A stretch of 55,329 nt of DNA from Alphaproteobacteria bacterium (GTDB lineage Bacteria; Pseudomonadota; Alphaproteobacteria; UBA7985; JAUIBT01): contig JAUIHE010000003.1 of assembly GCA_030432195.1 (NCBI GenBank), positions 1 to 55,329 of the forward strand. The letters are read 5' to 3'. Under the pieces are notes generated by a model. It made no database searches. It was not told the origin of the DNA and was given only the letters and a program-made list of their open reading frames with translations. The position numbers and the translations under genes are program-made. Positions 27,779 through 37,071 of this stretch are shown in pieces. How positions within the stretch are numbered: the first letter of the stretch is position 1; every line of letters begins with the position of its first letter.

Positions 27779-28240
27779 ATCAGGGTCGTCTTTCTTGAAA
27801 TCGCGGCGGATCTTCAGCCGGAAACATCGGCAGCCGCGCTGGCCGGCGCATCAGCGCAGGCGCGCCGGTGGAATAGCCTTCAGCGCTACGCCCGTGCGGC
27901 CCGTCTGTCCATTGCGTAATTGCGTCAGGTCCCCAGCGCCGTCTGCATAGCCCCCAGAGCCCGGTTTGCCCGCGCGGGTTGCGGGGCCGCTGCCAGCAAC
28001 AAAAGCGCCTGTTGCTGAGGGCTTGCAGGTCGCTCCTCCTCATTGTGGCCTCTCACGAAACAGTGAGTTTCCCGCCAAAATAGCTTTTTTGCCTGTGTCG
28101 GACTAGATTTGTGAGATTGGTATGACCAAATTGGTTCCATCAGCGAAACGCGAGCCGCTGGTCCGACCTTACAGGCCGCAATCCGTTGTTTTGAAGACGC
28201 CGACCTGATCCATTCTCCATCAAGCCCAAAGAGGACTCTC

Positions 28241-29119
28241 GTGGAACACTTCGACGACACCCAGACCCGGCAAGCAAACCTGGCTTTCATTCGCCGATCC
28301 ATGGCAGCGCCTTTGCTCAGCAAGGACAAGGAGCAGACGCTGACCCGCGCATGGCGGGAGGAGTCCGACGAAGCTAGCCTACACAGTCTGATCGAGGCCT
28401 ACAGCCGCCTGGTTGTCGCCACTGCGAGTAAATTTCGTCACTACGGCTTGCCGACGGGTGATCTGATCCAAGAAGGCATGATCGGGCTGATGCAAGCGGC
28501 CAATCGCTTTGAGCCCGACCGGGATTTGCGGTTCGCCACCTATGCTTCCTGGTGGGTGCGTTCTGCGATGCAGGATTTCGTGCTGCGCAATTGGTCAATT
28601 GTGCGAACCGGTACCACCGCCGCGCAAAAATCGTTGTTTTTCAAGCTCCGACGCCTGCGGGCGCAGATCGAGGAAAACGACAGCCAAGCCTTCGGCCAAG
28701 CAGGGCGCGAGATGATCGCCGCCCAGCTCGGCGTGCGTTTGTCCGACGTCGAGGATATGGAAGGCCGTTTGCTGGGGCGCGATAATTCGCTGGACGCCAG
28801 CATGGCCGACGAGGGCGAAGCCTCCTGGCTCGACCTATTGGCCGATGATCGCCCGAACCCGGAAGAAACGGTGCAAACGCTGCATGACGAAAGCCAGCAC
28901 ACCCGTTGGGTCCATCAAGCGCTTGAATCCCTTGACGACCGTGAGCGCATTATCATCAAAGAGCGCCGCCTCAGTGAAGACGGAACAACGCTAGAGAGCT
29001 TGGGAGAGCAGTTCGGCGTCTCCAAGGAGCGGGTACGTCAACTCGAGACCCGTGCCATGAAGAAAATGCGGGCTTGGATCGCCGATCAAGCCAACTGCAA
29101 CGACGATTTACGCCTCTAG
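28241..29119 (+). CDS. rpoH: RNA polymerase sigma-32 (heat-shock sigma factor RpoH)
   Basis: GTG start preceded by agagga. DLIQEGMIGLMQAANRFEP (region 2) and the RpoH-box-like QKSLFFKLRRLR. 292 aa. Confidence 0.9.
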   Translation: MEHFDDTQTRQANLAFIRRSMAAPLLSKDKEQTLTRAWREESDEASLHSLIEAYSRLVVATASKFRHYGLPTGDLIQEGMIGLMQAANRFEPDRDLRFATYASWWVRSAMQDFVLRNWSIVRTGTTAAQKSLFFKLRRLRAQIEENDSQAFGQAGREMIAAQLGVRLSDVEDMEGRLLGRDNSLDASMADEGEASWLDLLADDRPNPEETVQTLHDESQHTRWVHQALESLDDRERIIIKERRLSEDGTTLESLGEQFGVSKERVRQLETRAMKKMRAWIADQANCNDDLRL

Positions 29120-29165
29120 AGCGCAGCGCCATCCATCTCCCTTGATTGTGCACGGGCGCAACAGC
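29116..29165. repeat. Possible partial or degenerate CTAGAGC-element fragment; its TAG is the rpoH stop codon
   Basis: ctagagcgcagcgccatccatctcccttgattgtgca. It shares ctagagc and cccttgattgtgc with the far end of family A (ccctggattgtgcc), and gcagcgccatcc with the sequence following element B2 (42531..). Confidence 0.45.
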
Positions 29166-29249
29166 CTCAAGCCCGCACCGCTTGCCAATAGGGCGCGAGC
29201 TTGGCGCGACACAGATCCCCACTTCGGTCCATTGAGCGAAGCGCACTCA

Positions 29250-29283
29250 CCCCGGCAACGCCTGTTGTCGGGGCTCTTTTCTT
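29250..29283 (+). terminator. Rho-independent terminator of rpoH
   Basis: ccccggcaac-gcct-gttgtcgggg stem (one G-U pair) followed by ctcttttctt. Confidence 0.7.
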
Positions 29284-29310
29284 GCACGACTTGTCTTGGT
29301 GCGGGGTCGT

Positions 29311-30315
29311 TTAGGCAGCAACGCCAAGATTGCGGCCCATGTCCAAGAACTTCTGGCGCCGCTCGCGCTTCAGACCGTCGCCATCGCGGCCAATTTGTGC
29401 TTGCAAGGCAGCATACAGAGCGTCACTCAACGCCTTTACCACAGCTTGCGGATCCCGGTGCGCGCCGCCCAGCGGTTCTGCAACGATCTCGTCGATTACC
29501 TTCAAGCCTCGCAGGTCCTGCGCGGTCAGCTTCAGGGCATTGGCGGCATCAGAAGCATGGCTGCCGTCGCGCCACAAAATCGATGCACAGCCCTCAGGGG
29601 AAATGACCGAATAGATCGCGTGCTCCAGCATCAAGACCTGATTGGCCGCTGCGATGGCGATCGCGCCGCCAGAACCACCCTCACCAATGACGGTGGCAAT
29701 AATAGGGACTGATACGTCCAAGCATTTTTCAATCGAGCGCGCGATGGCCTCTGCCTGGCCGCGTTCTTCCGCGCCAACGCCGGGATAAGCGCCCGACGTA
29801 TCGACAAAGGTGAGAATCGGCAAATTAAAGCGATCGGCCAGCGCCATGAGGCGAATGGCTTTTCGATAACCTTCGGGGCGCGCCATGCCAAAGTTGTGCT
29901 TAACGCGGGTGGCCATGTCGTGGCCCTTTTCCTGGCCAATCACCATGACCCGCTCGCCGCGAAAGCGCGCAAGACCGCCAATTATGGCCTGATCGTCATG
30001 AAAGGCGCGATCGCCGGACAAGGGCTGAAAATCCTCGCACAAGGCGTCAATATAGGCCAAGAAATGCGGCCGGTCGGGATGGCGCGCGACCTGCGCCTTC
30101 TGCCAAGGGCTAAGGTTGGCGTAGAGGCTCTTGAGCTGCTTGGAGACCTTGTCTTCCAAGCGCGCGATTTCTTCGCCCATGTCATCGGGCAAGTTATCGC
30201 CTGCGGGCGCATCGCCGCTGGCTTGGCTTTGTTGGTTTGCCAGACGCTTCAGCTCTTGGATCTTTCGTTCCAGATCGGTGACAGACTTTTCAAAATCCAG
30301 AATGGCTAAGGACAT
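29311..30315 (-). CDS. accA: Acetyl-CoA carboxylase carboxyltransferase subunit alpha
   Basis: MSLAILDFEKSVTDLERKIQELK..., ARHPDRPHFLAYI and GGLARFRGERVMVIGQEKG. Carries a low-complexity insert of about 15 aa near the N-terminus. Confidence 0.9.
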   Translation of the reverse strand: MSLAILDFEKSVTDLERKIQELKRLANQQSQASGDAPAGDNLPDDMGEEIARLEDKVSKQLKSLYANLSPWQKAQVARHPDRPHFLAYIDALCEDFQPLSGDRAFHDDQAIIGGLARFRGERVMVIGQEKGHDMATRVKHNFGMARPEGYRKAIRLMALADRFNLPILTFVDTSGAYPGVGAEERGQAEAIARSIEKCLDVSVPIIATVIGEGGSGGAIAIAAANQVLMLEHAIYSVISPEGCASILWRDGSHASDAANALKLTAQDLRGLKVIDEIVAEPLGGAHRDPQAVVKALSDALYAALQAQIGRDGDGLKRERRQKFLDMGRNLGVAA

Positions 30316-30548
30316 AAGGGGCAGCTTCTCTAGCGCTTCGTCTTTATTGTTCGGTAGGTCTTTACGCGGAGCATGGCAAAGAGCGGCAAGTCGCGCCGCG
30401 CCCGATGCCAGGACCTGAGCCTGTCATATGTAAAGCAAAGCTGAGATTGCGCAACCCGGTATCCTGCGCCAAAGCCGCCGACGGACAACCAGCACATATC
30501 CGATTTAACGGAGCCAAGCGGCGGCTGAATGGACAAGGCGCCCGCCAT

Positions 30549-31565
30549 CTAGCCCAGCAGTGCGCGCACCTTGTCCAAGATCGCAACATTCACCGCGACG
30601 CCGTTTTGCTGGGCCGATGCTTGCTTGCCAAGGCGATTGGTGCCTGGCAGACGCGCGCCTTCTTGATCGGCAAAACCGCCAAGCAGCGCTTCCAGCCGAC
30701 CAGCGAACTCACCACCCGAAGAGGCCCCCGGATCAATGGCGATGAAGAATTGCCCGGTCTGCGGCGGACCGCCGACGGGCCCGGAAAAGGGGCTGGCGTC
30801 TTTGCCCAGCGTCGCGCCGCTGAGCGCTGCTGCCATCAGCTCGACCAACAGAGCGATGCCGACACCCTTATAGCCACCCGAGGGCGCCATCGTGCCCTTG
30901 AGCCCCAGCGCCGGATCGGTGGTGGGCTTGCCGTCCGGGTCCAGCGCCCAACCCAGAGGAATTTCCTTGCCTTCGCGGGCGTGCTTCATAACCTCGGACT
31001 TTGCGATTGTGCTGGCGCTTTGGTCGATCAACAGCGCGGCGCCACCGTGACCGTCAGGGGCCGCTACCGAGAAGGGGTTGGTGCCGACCAAGGGCTTGTG
31101 GCCACCCGATGGGGCAATGGATGCTGGCGCGTTGGTAAAGCCCAGCGCGAACAGGCCTTGGGCGGCCAGCTTATGGGTGTGAACGCCCAGAACGCCGCAG
31201 TTGTATGAACGGTGGATCGCCAGACCAGCGATGCCCTGCTCACGCGCCGCAGCGGTCAAGGCCTCAAATCCCGCGTCGATGGCCGGGTGGGCGAAACCGC
31301 AAGCCGCATCGGCTCGCAACATAGCAGGCGCTGGGGTCTCCAAAACCGGCACCGCTGCGCCGTCCACCTTGCCGCACTGGAGATGTTCGGCATAGATCGG
31401 AATGTAGGCCAGGCCGTGGCTGGCAACGCCCATAGCTTCTGTGTCGGCGGTGGCGCGGGCCAGGCTGCGCGCCTGCAAATCACTGGCCCCGGCGGCCGTC
31501 AGCGCGTCATAGGCCAGGGCCTCGATGGCCTCCAGGCTCAGGGTCTCGGTCTGGATCTGGGTCAT
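30549..31565 (-). CDS. Ldh_2 family oxidoreductase (malate/L-lactate/ureidoglycolate dehydrogenase family 2)
   Basis: Start at ATG 31565 (MTQIQTETLSLEAIEAL...). GGHKPLVGTNPFSVAAP and GGYKGVGIALLVELM motifs. Confidence 0.75.
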   Translation of the reverse strand: MTQIQTETLSLEAIEALAYDALTAAGASDLQARSLARATADTEAMGVASHGLAYIPIYAEHLQCGKVDGAAVPVLETPAPAMLRADAACGFAHPAIDAGFEALTAAAREQGIAGLAIHRSYNCGVLGVHTHKLAAQGLFALGFTNAPASIAPSGGHKPLVGTNPFSVAAPDGHGGAALLIDQSASTIAKSEVMKHAREGKEIPLGWALDPDGKPTTDPALGLKGTMAPSGGYKGVGIALLVELMAAALSGATLGKDASPFSGPVGGPPQTGQFFIAIDPGASSGGEFAGRLEALLGGFADQEGARLPGTNRLGKQASAQQNGVAVNVAILDKVRALLG

Positions 31566-31657
31566 GGAGGCCTCGCACTTTTGAGTTGGCAGAACAACGG
31601 CGCGATGCACGATGCCTTTCGCCGCTGCCGATGATAGGGTCAGCCTAGAGCATGCGC

Positions 31658-34399
31658 CTAGGCCTCGCCCTCGTCCTGGCTCTCTGCGTCGCTGCTCTCC
31701 TCATTGGCGGCATCTTCCAAGCGCGCTACGGACACGATACGCTCATCAGAGGCGATGCGGAACAGAGTGACGCCGCGCGTGCTACGCCCGGCGATGCGGA
31801 TCTCATCGACCCCCATACGGATCAACTTACCGCCATCGGTCACCAGCATGAGCTGATCGTTGGGTGTCACCGGCACAAGAGCGATCGTCTCCGCCCGCGC
31901 GTCCTTCTTGCCGCGCGACAAGTCGATGGCCTCAACACCCTGGCCGCCGCGACCGGTGACGCGGTATTCAAAGGCCGAGGTCTGCTTGCCAAAGCCGTCG
32001 TTGGAGACGGCCAAGATCCGTTGCTCACGCGCTGACAATTCGGCAAATCGTTCGCCCGAGATGTCGCCGGTATCGGCAAAATCCCCGCCCTCTTCATCGG
32101 CAGCTCTGCGGATGGCGTTGGCACGGCGCAGATAGGCATCGCGCTCTTCGATATCCAAATCAACATGGTCGATAACGGCAGCCGAGATCACCTGATCGCC
32201 TGTGGCCAGCTTTATTCCGCGAACCCCGCGCGAATCGCGGCCCTGGAAGACCCTAACATCACTGATAGCAAAGCGCATGGCCTTGCCCAGCGCCGAGCCC
32301 AGCAAGAAATCTTGATCTTCGCGCGCGATCTGTACGCCGACCAAGTGCTCGCCCTCGTCCAGTTTCATAGCGATCTTGCCGTTTGACTGTACGCGCTCAA
32401 AATCGGAGAGAGCGTTGCGTCGCACCATACCTGTCGAGGTGGCGAACATCAGATAGAGGCCATCGGCTTCCTTGGCATCCTCAGGGATCGGCAGGAAGGT
32501 CGTGATGGTCTCACCCGGCTCCAGCGGCAAAATATTGACGAAGGGCTTGCCCCGAGCCTGGGGCGCCCCGGCGGGCAGCTTATAGACCTTGGTCTTGTAG
32601 ACTTTGCCCATGGAGCTAAAGAACAGCACCGGCGTGTGGGTGTTGCAGACCAAAACCCGCGTGACGAAATCCTCGTCCTTGGTGGTCATAGAAGCGCGCC
32701 CTTTGCCGCCGCGCCGTTGAGCACGGTAGGTATCCAGCGGCACGCGCTTGACGTAGCCAGCGTGGCTGACGGTCACGACCATATCTTCGCGCGGGATCAG
32801 CTCCTCAATGTCTTGATCAAACTCGATATCTTCGATGGTTGTGCGCCGCCCGTCGCCGTGCATCTGAGCGTAGGCGTCCATCTCATCGCGGATGATGGTC
32901 ACGACCCGATCGCGGGAGCTGAGGATGTCCAGGTAGTCCTTGATCTTGGCAGCCAGCTCTTCCAGCTCGTCGCTGATCTTGTCGCGCTCTAGCCCGGTCA
33001 GTCGCTGCAAGCGCAGATCCAGAATACCGCGCGCTTGCGCTTCAGAAAGCTGGTAAGTGCCGTCGGCCGCGACCTTGTATTGCGGATCGTCCAACAGCGC
33101 GATCATGGGCGCGATGTCTTCAGCGGGCCAATGGCGGGCCATCAATTGTTCGCGGGCAACCACCGGATCGGGGGCGTTACGGATCAAATGGATGATCTCG
33201 TCGATGTTGGCCACCGCGACAGCCAGACCCACCAAGATGTGGGCCCGGTCACGCGCCTGGTTCAAGAGATAGGCGGTGCGGCGGGTGACAACTTCGAAAC
33301 GGAAGGAAATGAAGGCGGCCAGAACTTCTTTCAAGTTCAACAGCTTAGGTCGACCTTGGTCGATCGCCAGCATGTTAACACCAAACGAGGTCTGCATCTG
33401 CGTATAGCGGAACAACTGAGCCAACACCACGTCCGCCTGAGCGTCGCGCTTGAGCTCGATCACCACGCGCATGCCTTCGCGATCCGATTCATCGCGGCAT
33501 TCAGAGATGCCTTCGACGGTCTTTTCCTTCGCCAGTTCTGAGATCTTTTCGACCAGCTTGGCCTTGTTGACCTGGTAGGGCAGCGAATCAATGACAATGG
33601 CTTCGCGATCTTGCTTGCCAAATGTCTCGATCCGAGTGGCGGCGCGCATCATGACCGAACCGCGCCCGGTGTGGTAGGCCGAGCGAATGCCCGAGCGGCC
33701 CAAAATCAACGCACCAGTCGGAAAGTCCGGACCTGGCAGCACGGTCATCAATTCGTCGATTGTAGCACCAGGGTTTTCCAGCAGCATTTTGGCCGCCTCG
33801 ATCACCTCGCCCAAATTGTGGGTCGGGATGTTGGTGGCCATGCCGACGGCGATACCGCCACCGCCGTTGACCAGTAGGTTCGGGAAAGGCGTTGGCAGCA
33901 CGACCGGCTCGGTTGTGCTCTCATCGTAATTGGGTTGGAAATCAACGGTATCTTTGTCGATATCGTCCAGCATTTGACTGGCCGCGCGGGTCAGGCGGCT
34001 CTCGGTATAACGCTGGGCCGCCGGGGGATCGCCGTCGACCGAGCCAAAATTGCCCTGACCATCGACCAGCTTGAGGCGCATGGACCAAGGCTGTGCCAAG
34101 CGCACCATGGTATCATAAATCGCGGTATCGCCGTGCGGGTGGTAGTTACCCATGACCTCGCCGACCGCCTTCGCGGACTTGCGATGCGCGCGGTTCCAGT
34201 CAAAGCCGCCTTCTTTCATGGCGTAGAGGATACGGCGGTGAACGGGCTTCAAGCCATCGCGGACATCCGGCAAGGCCCGCGCGACAATGACCGACATGGC
34301 ATAGTCGAGATAGGAGCGCTGCATCTCCTCTTCGATGGTGATACGCGCAATATCCGACGGCTCGGAAGCGCCGGAGTCCATAAGGGAATCGTCTGCCAA
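31658..34399 (-). CDS. gyrA: DNA gyrase subunit A
   Basis: 913 aa. [26 protein letters not shown], active-site region, C-terminal beta-pinwheel repeats and an acidic tail. Confidence 0.95.
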   Translation of the reverse strand: MADDSLMDSGASEPSDIARITIEEEMQRSYLDYAMSVIVARALPDVRDGLKPVHRRILYAMKEGGFDWNRAHRKSAKAVGEVMGNYHPHGDTAIYDTMVRLAQPWSMRLKLVDGQGNFGSVDGDPPAAQRYTESRLTRAASQMLDDIDKDTVDFQPNYDESTTEPVVLPTPFPNLLVNGGGGIAVGMATNIPTHNLGEVIEAAKMLLENPGATIDELMTVLPGPDFPTGALILGRSGIRSAYHTGRGSVMMRAATRIETFGKQDREAIVIDSLPYQVNKAKLVEKISELAKEKTVEGISECRDESDREGMRVVIELKRDAQADVVLAQLFRYTQMQTSFGVNMLAIDQGRPKLLNLKEVLAAFISFRFEVVTRRTAYLLNQARDRAHILVGLAVAVANIDEIIHLIRNAPDPVVAREQLMARHWPAEDIAPMIALLDDPQYKVAADGTYQLSEAQARGILDLRLQRLTGLERDKISDELEELAAKIKDYLDILSSRDRVVTIIRDEMDAYAQMHGDGRRTTIEDIEFDQDIEELIPREDMVVTVSHAGYVKRVPLDTYRAQRRGGKGRASMTTKDEDFVTRVLVCNTHTPVLFFSSMGKVYKTKVYKLPAGAPQARGKPFVNILPLEPGETITTFLPIPEDAKEADGLYLMFATSTGMVRRNALSDFERVQSNGKIAMKLDEGEHLVGVQIAREDQDFLLGSALGKAMRFAISDVRVFQGRDSRGVRGIKLATGDQVISAAVIDHVDLDIEERDAYLRRANAIRRAADEEGGDFADTGDISGERFAELSAREQRILAVSNDGFGKQTSAFEYRVTGRGGQGVEAIDLSRGKKDARAETIALVPVTPNDQLMLVTDGGKLIRMGVDEIRIAGRSTRGVTLFRIASDERIVSVARLEDAANEESSDAESQDEGEA

Positions 34400-34573
34400 A
34401 ACAGGGTCCTACAAAACTGGAAAATCAAGATCTGCCACGTGTTTAGCAGCTCTATGCGCCGGGCTCAAATACCTGAGGTTTATGGCCCACAAATGATTGC
34501 GAGCCGGGGCCGTTTTTTTGGCGTTTCCAGGCTATTTTGGGGCCAGGCGCAAGCGAAAACCCGCAACAGGCCG

Positions 34574-35434
34574 CTATTCGGCCGCGACACCCGCCCCTGA
34601 CTCAGAAGTCCCTACAAAGGCATTTGGGTAATCAACGGCGCGCGCCTGTTGGCCGCTGTCGTCCGAGCCCTGCGCGGCTTGTTGCATGAAATAGACCCTT
34701 TGTGCGGGCCAAGCGGTAATTTGGTACTGCAATAACTCACCGCTGTTGGGGTCTTCATCCAGGCCGCTGCTAAGCAAAATCGGCTGGTTCGAGGCCAAAA
34801 GCAATCGGTGTTGCTGATCGGGGCTGGCCATGGCCGCTTGCACCCCGGTCTCGCGACGGTGCAGACGCTTGAAACCATGCTCGGCCAAGCTGGCGGCCAC
34901 ATCGTGGTTCGCGCGCTCCAAACTAGCATCAAGGTCCGCGAAGCGCCGCACTCGCAAAAAGTGATCGGAGACGCACAAAGGCTCGCTGTTCAGGTGGGTC
35001 AAAAGACGCAAGTGCCAAAAGGCTTCGGTCTCTGGCGCGCCGAATAGCTGGCGCAATTCCAAGGTTGGCTGCGTCTTCTCTAGCGACAAGCGGCTGTGGG
35101 ACAAGCGCCGAGGCGCCGCGCCAACCGGGGCCTGGTTTGCGGCATCGGGTTGGGGCAACAAGGCACCCGCCAAATCTAGCCCCATGCGCTGCGCTGGACG
35201 ATGCGCAATGCGGGTATCGGCAACAAACGTGCCGCGCCCTTGTTCCATCGACACCAAGCCAGATTGTTGTAGCGAATCCAACGCGCGCCGAACCGTGTGA
35301 CGATTGACACCAAAGCGTTCGGCCAGAATAACGACCGTCGGCAATTGATCGCCCGGGCGATACACCTGCCGGTCAATTTCTGAACGAATTACATCGGCGA
35401 TATGCCGCCATTTTTGTGTCAGCCCGTATGACAT
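34574..35434 (-). CDS. GntR family transcriptional regulator, HutC/PhnF subfamily (wHTH + UTRA-like domain, long linker)
   Basis: N-terminal LPTVVILAERFGVNRHTVRRALDSLQQSGLVSMEQGRGTFV. The C-terminal half is UTRA-like. SD agggag lies upstream of ATG 35434. Confidence 0.75.
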   Translation of the reverse strand: MSYGLTQKWRHIADVIRSEIDRQVYRPGDQLPTVVILAERFGVNRHTVRRALDSLQQSGLVSMEQGRGTFVADTRIAHRPAQRMGLDLAGALLPQPDAANQAPVGAAPRRLSHSRLSLEKTQPTLELRQLFGAPETEAFWHLRLLTHLNSEPLCVSDHFLRVRRFADLDASLERANHDVAASLAEHGFKRLHRRETGVQAAMASPDQQHRLLLASNQPILLSSGLDEDPNSGELLQYQITAWPAQRVYFMQQAAQGSDDSGQQARAVDYPNAFVGTSESGAGVAAE

Positions 35435-35544
35435 GGGCGTCTCCCTATCAGGCGCGTGTTCCCTTAGGCAAAGCCTTCAGCAGAATCCAAAGATCCGTTC
35501 TAGTTTGCCGCCTGTCCAATTTGAGGGTGAAACTATCACCGCCG

Positions 35545-35560
35545 ACTGGTCTAGGCCAGA
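35545..35560. promoter_or_regulatory. Candidate HutC-family operator (near-palindrome ACTGGTCTAGGCCAGA) upstream of the GntR/HutC gene
   Basis: Contains GGTCTAGGCC, one mismatch from the GT-N-TA-N-AC type palindrome GGTCTAGACC known for HutC-subfamily regulators such as DasR/NagR. Lies about 110 nt upstream of the regulator start in a 600-nt intergenic region. Confidence 0.45.
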
Positions 35561-36032
35561 TGCAGCAGCGTCGCGATTGGACAAAATGGGAAAAATGGAC
35601 AATTTGGCGCGCCACCCCTTCCGCGATACTGCAAACTCCAGTTTACCGATTTGATTTAACTCAAGGTCTATACGGCCCAAGTCCACCGGGTTCCCTTTCG
35701 AAAATTGGCGCATCAACGCAGCCGACCCAGCAACCAGCCCGCCACACGGCACGATACTGCGCGCTAGCGTGGTGAGTCCGAGCCCCGGCGCCTACCCTAA
35801 CGCGGCCATATGCCCCTGCAAAAGTTGAGTCTTGGCAAAGAAGCATCGCGCTTTTTCGCCCACAAAGAGCGCGCGCCAGAGAGCAAGCCGAAAAAACCGT
35901 GTATGATATAGGCCTTCTTGCTTGGCAAAGGCCGGTCTGTGTTAGCCTGAGGCGACGCGGGCTTTGGCATTGGCTGCCAAGCGGCCCACCCAATCCTGTC
36001 CTGACCTAGGAAGCCCCGATCGAGGAAGCGCC

Positions 36033-36899
36033 ATGTCAAAAGTTGTTCGCCTGTCCAAGCTCAACGAGCGCCCCGCAATGGCCCATTGTTCCGTGCTGCG
36101 TTGCGATTTCAGCGGTTCGGTTGCGGGTTGGCAGGCCGGGCCTTGGCTAACGGCAATCTGGCTCGTGCTGGGATTGCTCGCGGCAAGTTTCACCCTGTCC
36201 AGCGGGGCGGCCTTTGGCGACGAGTCGGGGGATGCCTACGCCGGGGATAACAGCTTTGGCGACAGCGCAGCGGGCAGTGCCTACGACAGCGGCTATGATC
36301 CCTATGATTTGGACAGCTATGACCAAGGCGCCTATCCGCTCAGCAACAACGACACACGGGTCTATTTCCAAGGCGGCGCCAGCGTAGTTCGTGAGAGCAG
36401 CTATGATCTTAGCGCGACCTACAGCGCCAGTTTTGACCCCATGTACGCGCGCTCCTTTGCTTTTGGCATAGAACAAGATTTGTTTTCCGGTTTCGGCATC
36501 AATCTTAGCGTTTCCAACGTCAGCCAGAATTTCGAGCAAGTGACCGATTCCAACGGCGCGACCTGGTCGGTCACCGGGGGAGACTATCGCGTCTTGGCCG
36601 TTACGCCTGGCCTGCACTATCGCCTAGAGAACGACGTGCTCGAGCCCTATATCCATCTGGGATTGGGGCGCGCCTCTTATGATTTTTCGGGGACTTGGAA
36701 CAGCATGGAATACGCCAACAAGGACAATGCCCTGATCTATGACTTCGGGATTGGCGTAGATTACGTGACCGAGGGCGGCTTGATCTTGGGCCTCTATGAG
36801 CATTCCCAGATTCTTGATGATCCCAGCCTTAGCGACGGCGGCGGGGTGCACACTTTCGGGTTCCGCATCGGCTTTGAGATGCAAAACCATTTCTTCTGA
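36033..36899 (+). CDS. Outer-membrane beta-barrel protein (OmpA-like beta-barrel/OmpW-type fold) with an acidic Asp/Tyr-rich N-terminal segment
   Basis: Start at ATG 36033 with SD gagga. Signal/TM LTAIWLVLGLLAASFTLSSGAAFG. Alternating beta-strand pattern. C-terminal ...FGFRIGFEMQNHFF ends in an aromatic residue. Confidence 0.65.
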   Translation: MSKVVRLSKLNERPAMAHCSVLRCDFSGSVAGWQAGPWLTAIWLVLGLLAASFTLSSGAAFGDESGDAYAGDNSFGDSAAGSAYDSGYDPYDLDSYDQGAYPLSNNDTRVYFQGGASVVRESSYDLSATYSASFDPMYARSFAFGIEQDLFSGFGINLSVSNVSQNFEQVTDSNGATWSVTGGDYRVLAVTPGLHYRLENDVLEPYIHLGLGRASYDFSGTWNSMEYANKDNALIYDFGIGVDYVTEGGLILGLYEHSQILDDPSLSDGGGVHTFGFRIGFEMQNHFF

Positions 36900-37071
36900 T
36901 CGCCCGGTTTAGGCGATCTGACCCCGTGGTGCGCGAGGCAAGTCATAGGGCATCCCTTTTTGAACGCGGCATTTAGGACAGACCGACCTGGCAGCAAAAC
37001 CCACGCTTGAGCCCGGCGGCGAGCTGGGCCATGCTGACATCTCCGCTCCTCGCAAAAAGGTCAGGCCTGTC

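Noticed and set aside
28033-28041. CUCCUCCUC motif upstream of rpoH, resembling anti-SD motifs of alphaproteobacterial sRNAs
   Set aside because: I could not identify a supporting stem-loop architecture or terminator. It may simply be part of the rpoH upstream region.
35746-35761. Sigma-54-like GGCACG-N-TGC motif upstream of the OMP gene
   Set aside because: The GG-to-GC spacing is one nucleotide short of the -24/-12 consensus, and the flanking T/TTGC positions do not match.
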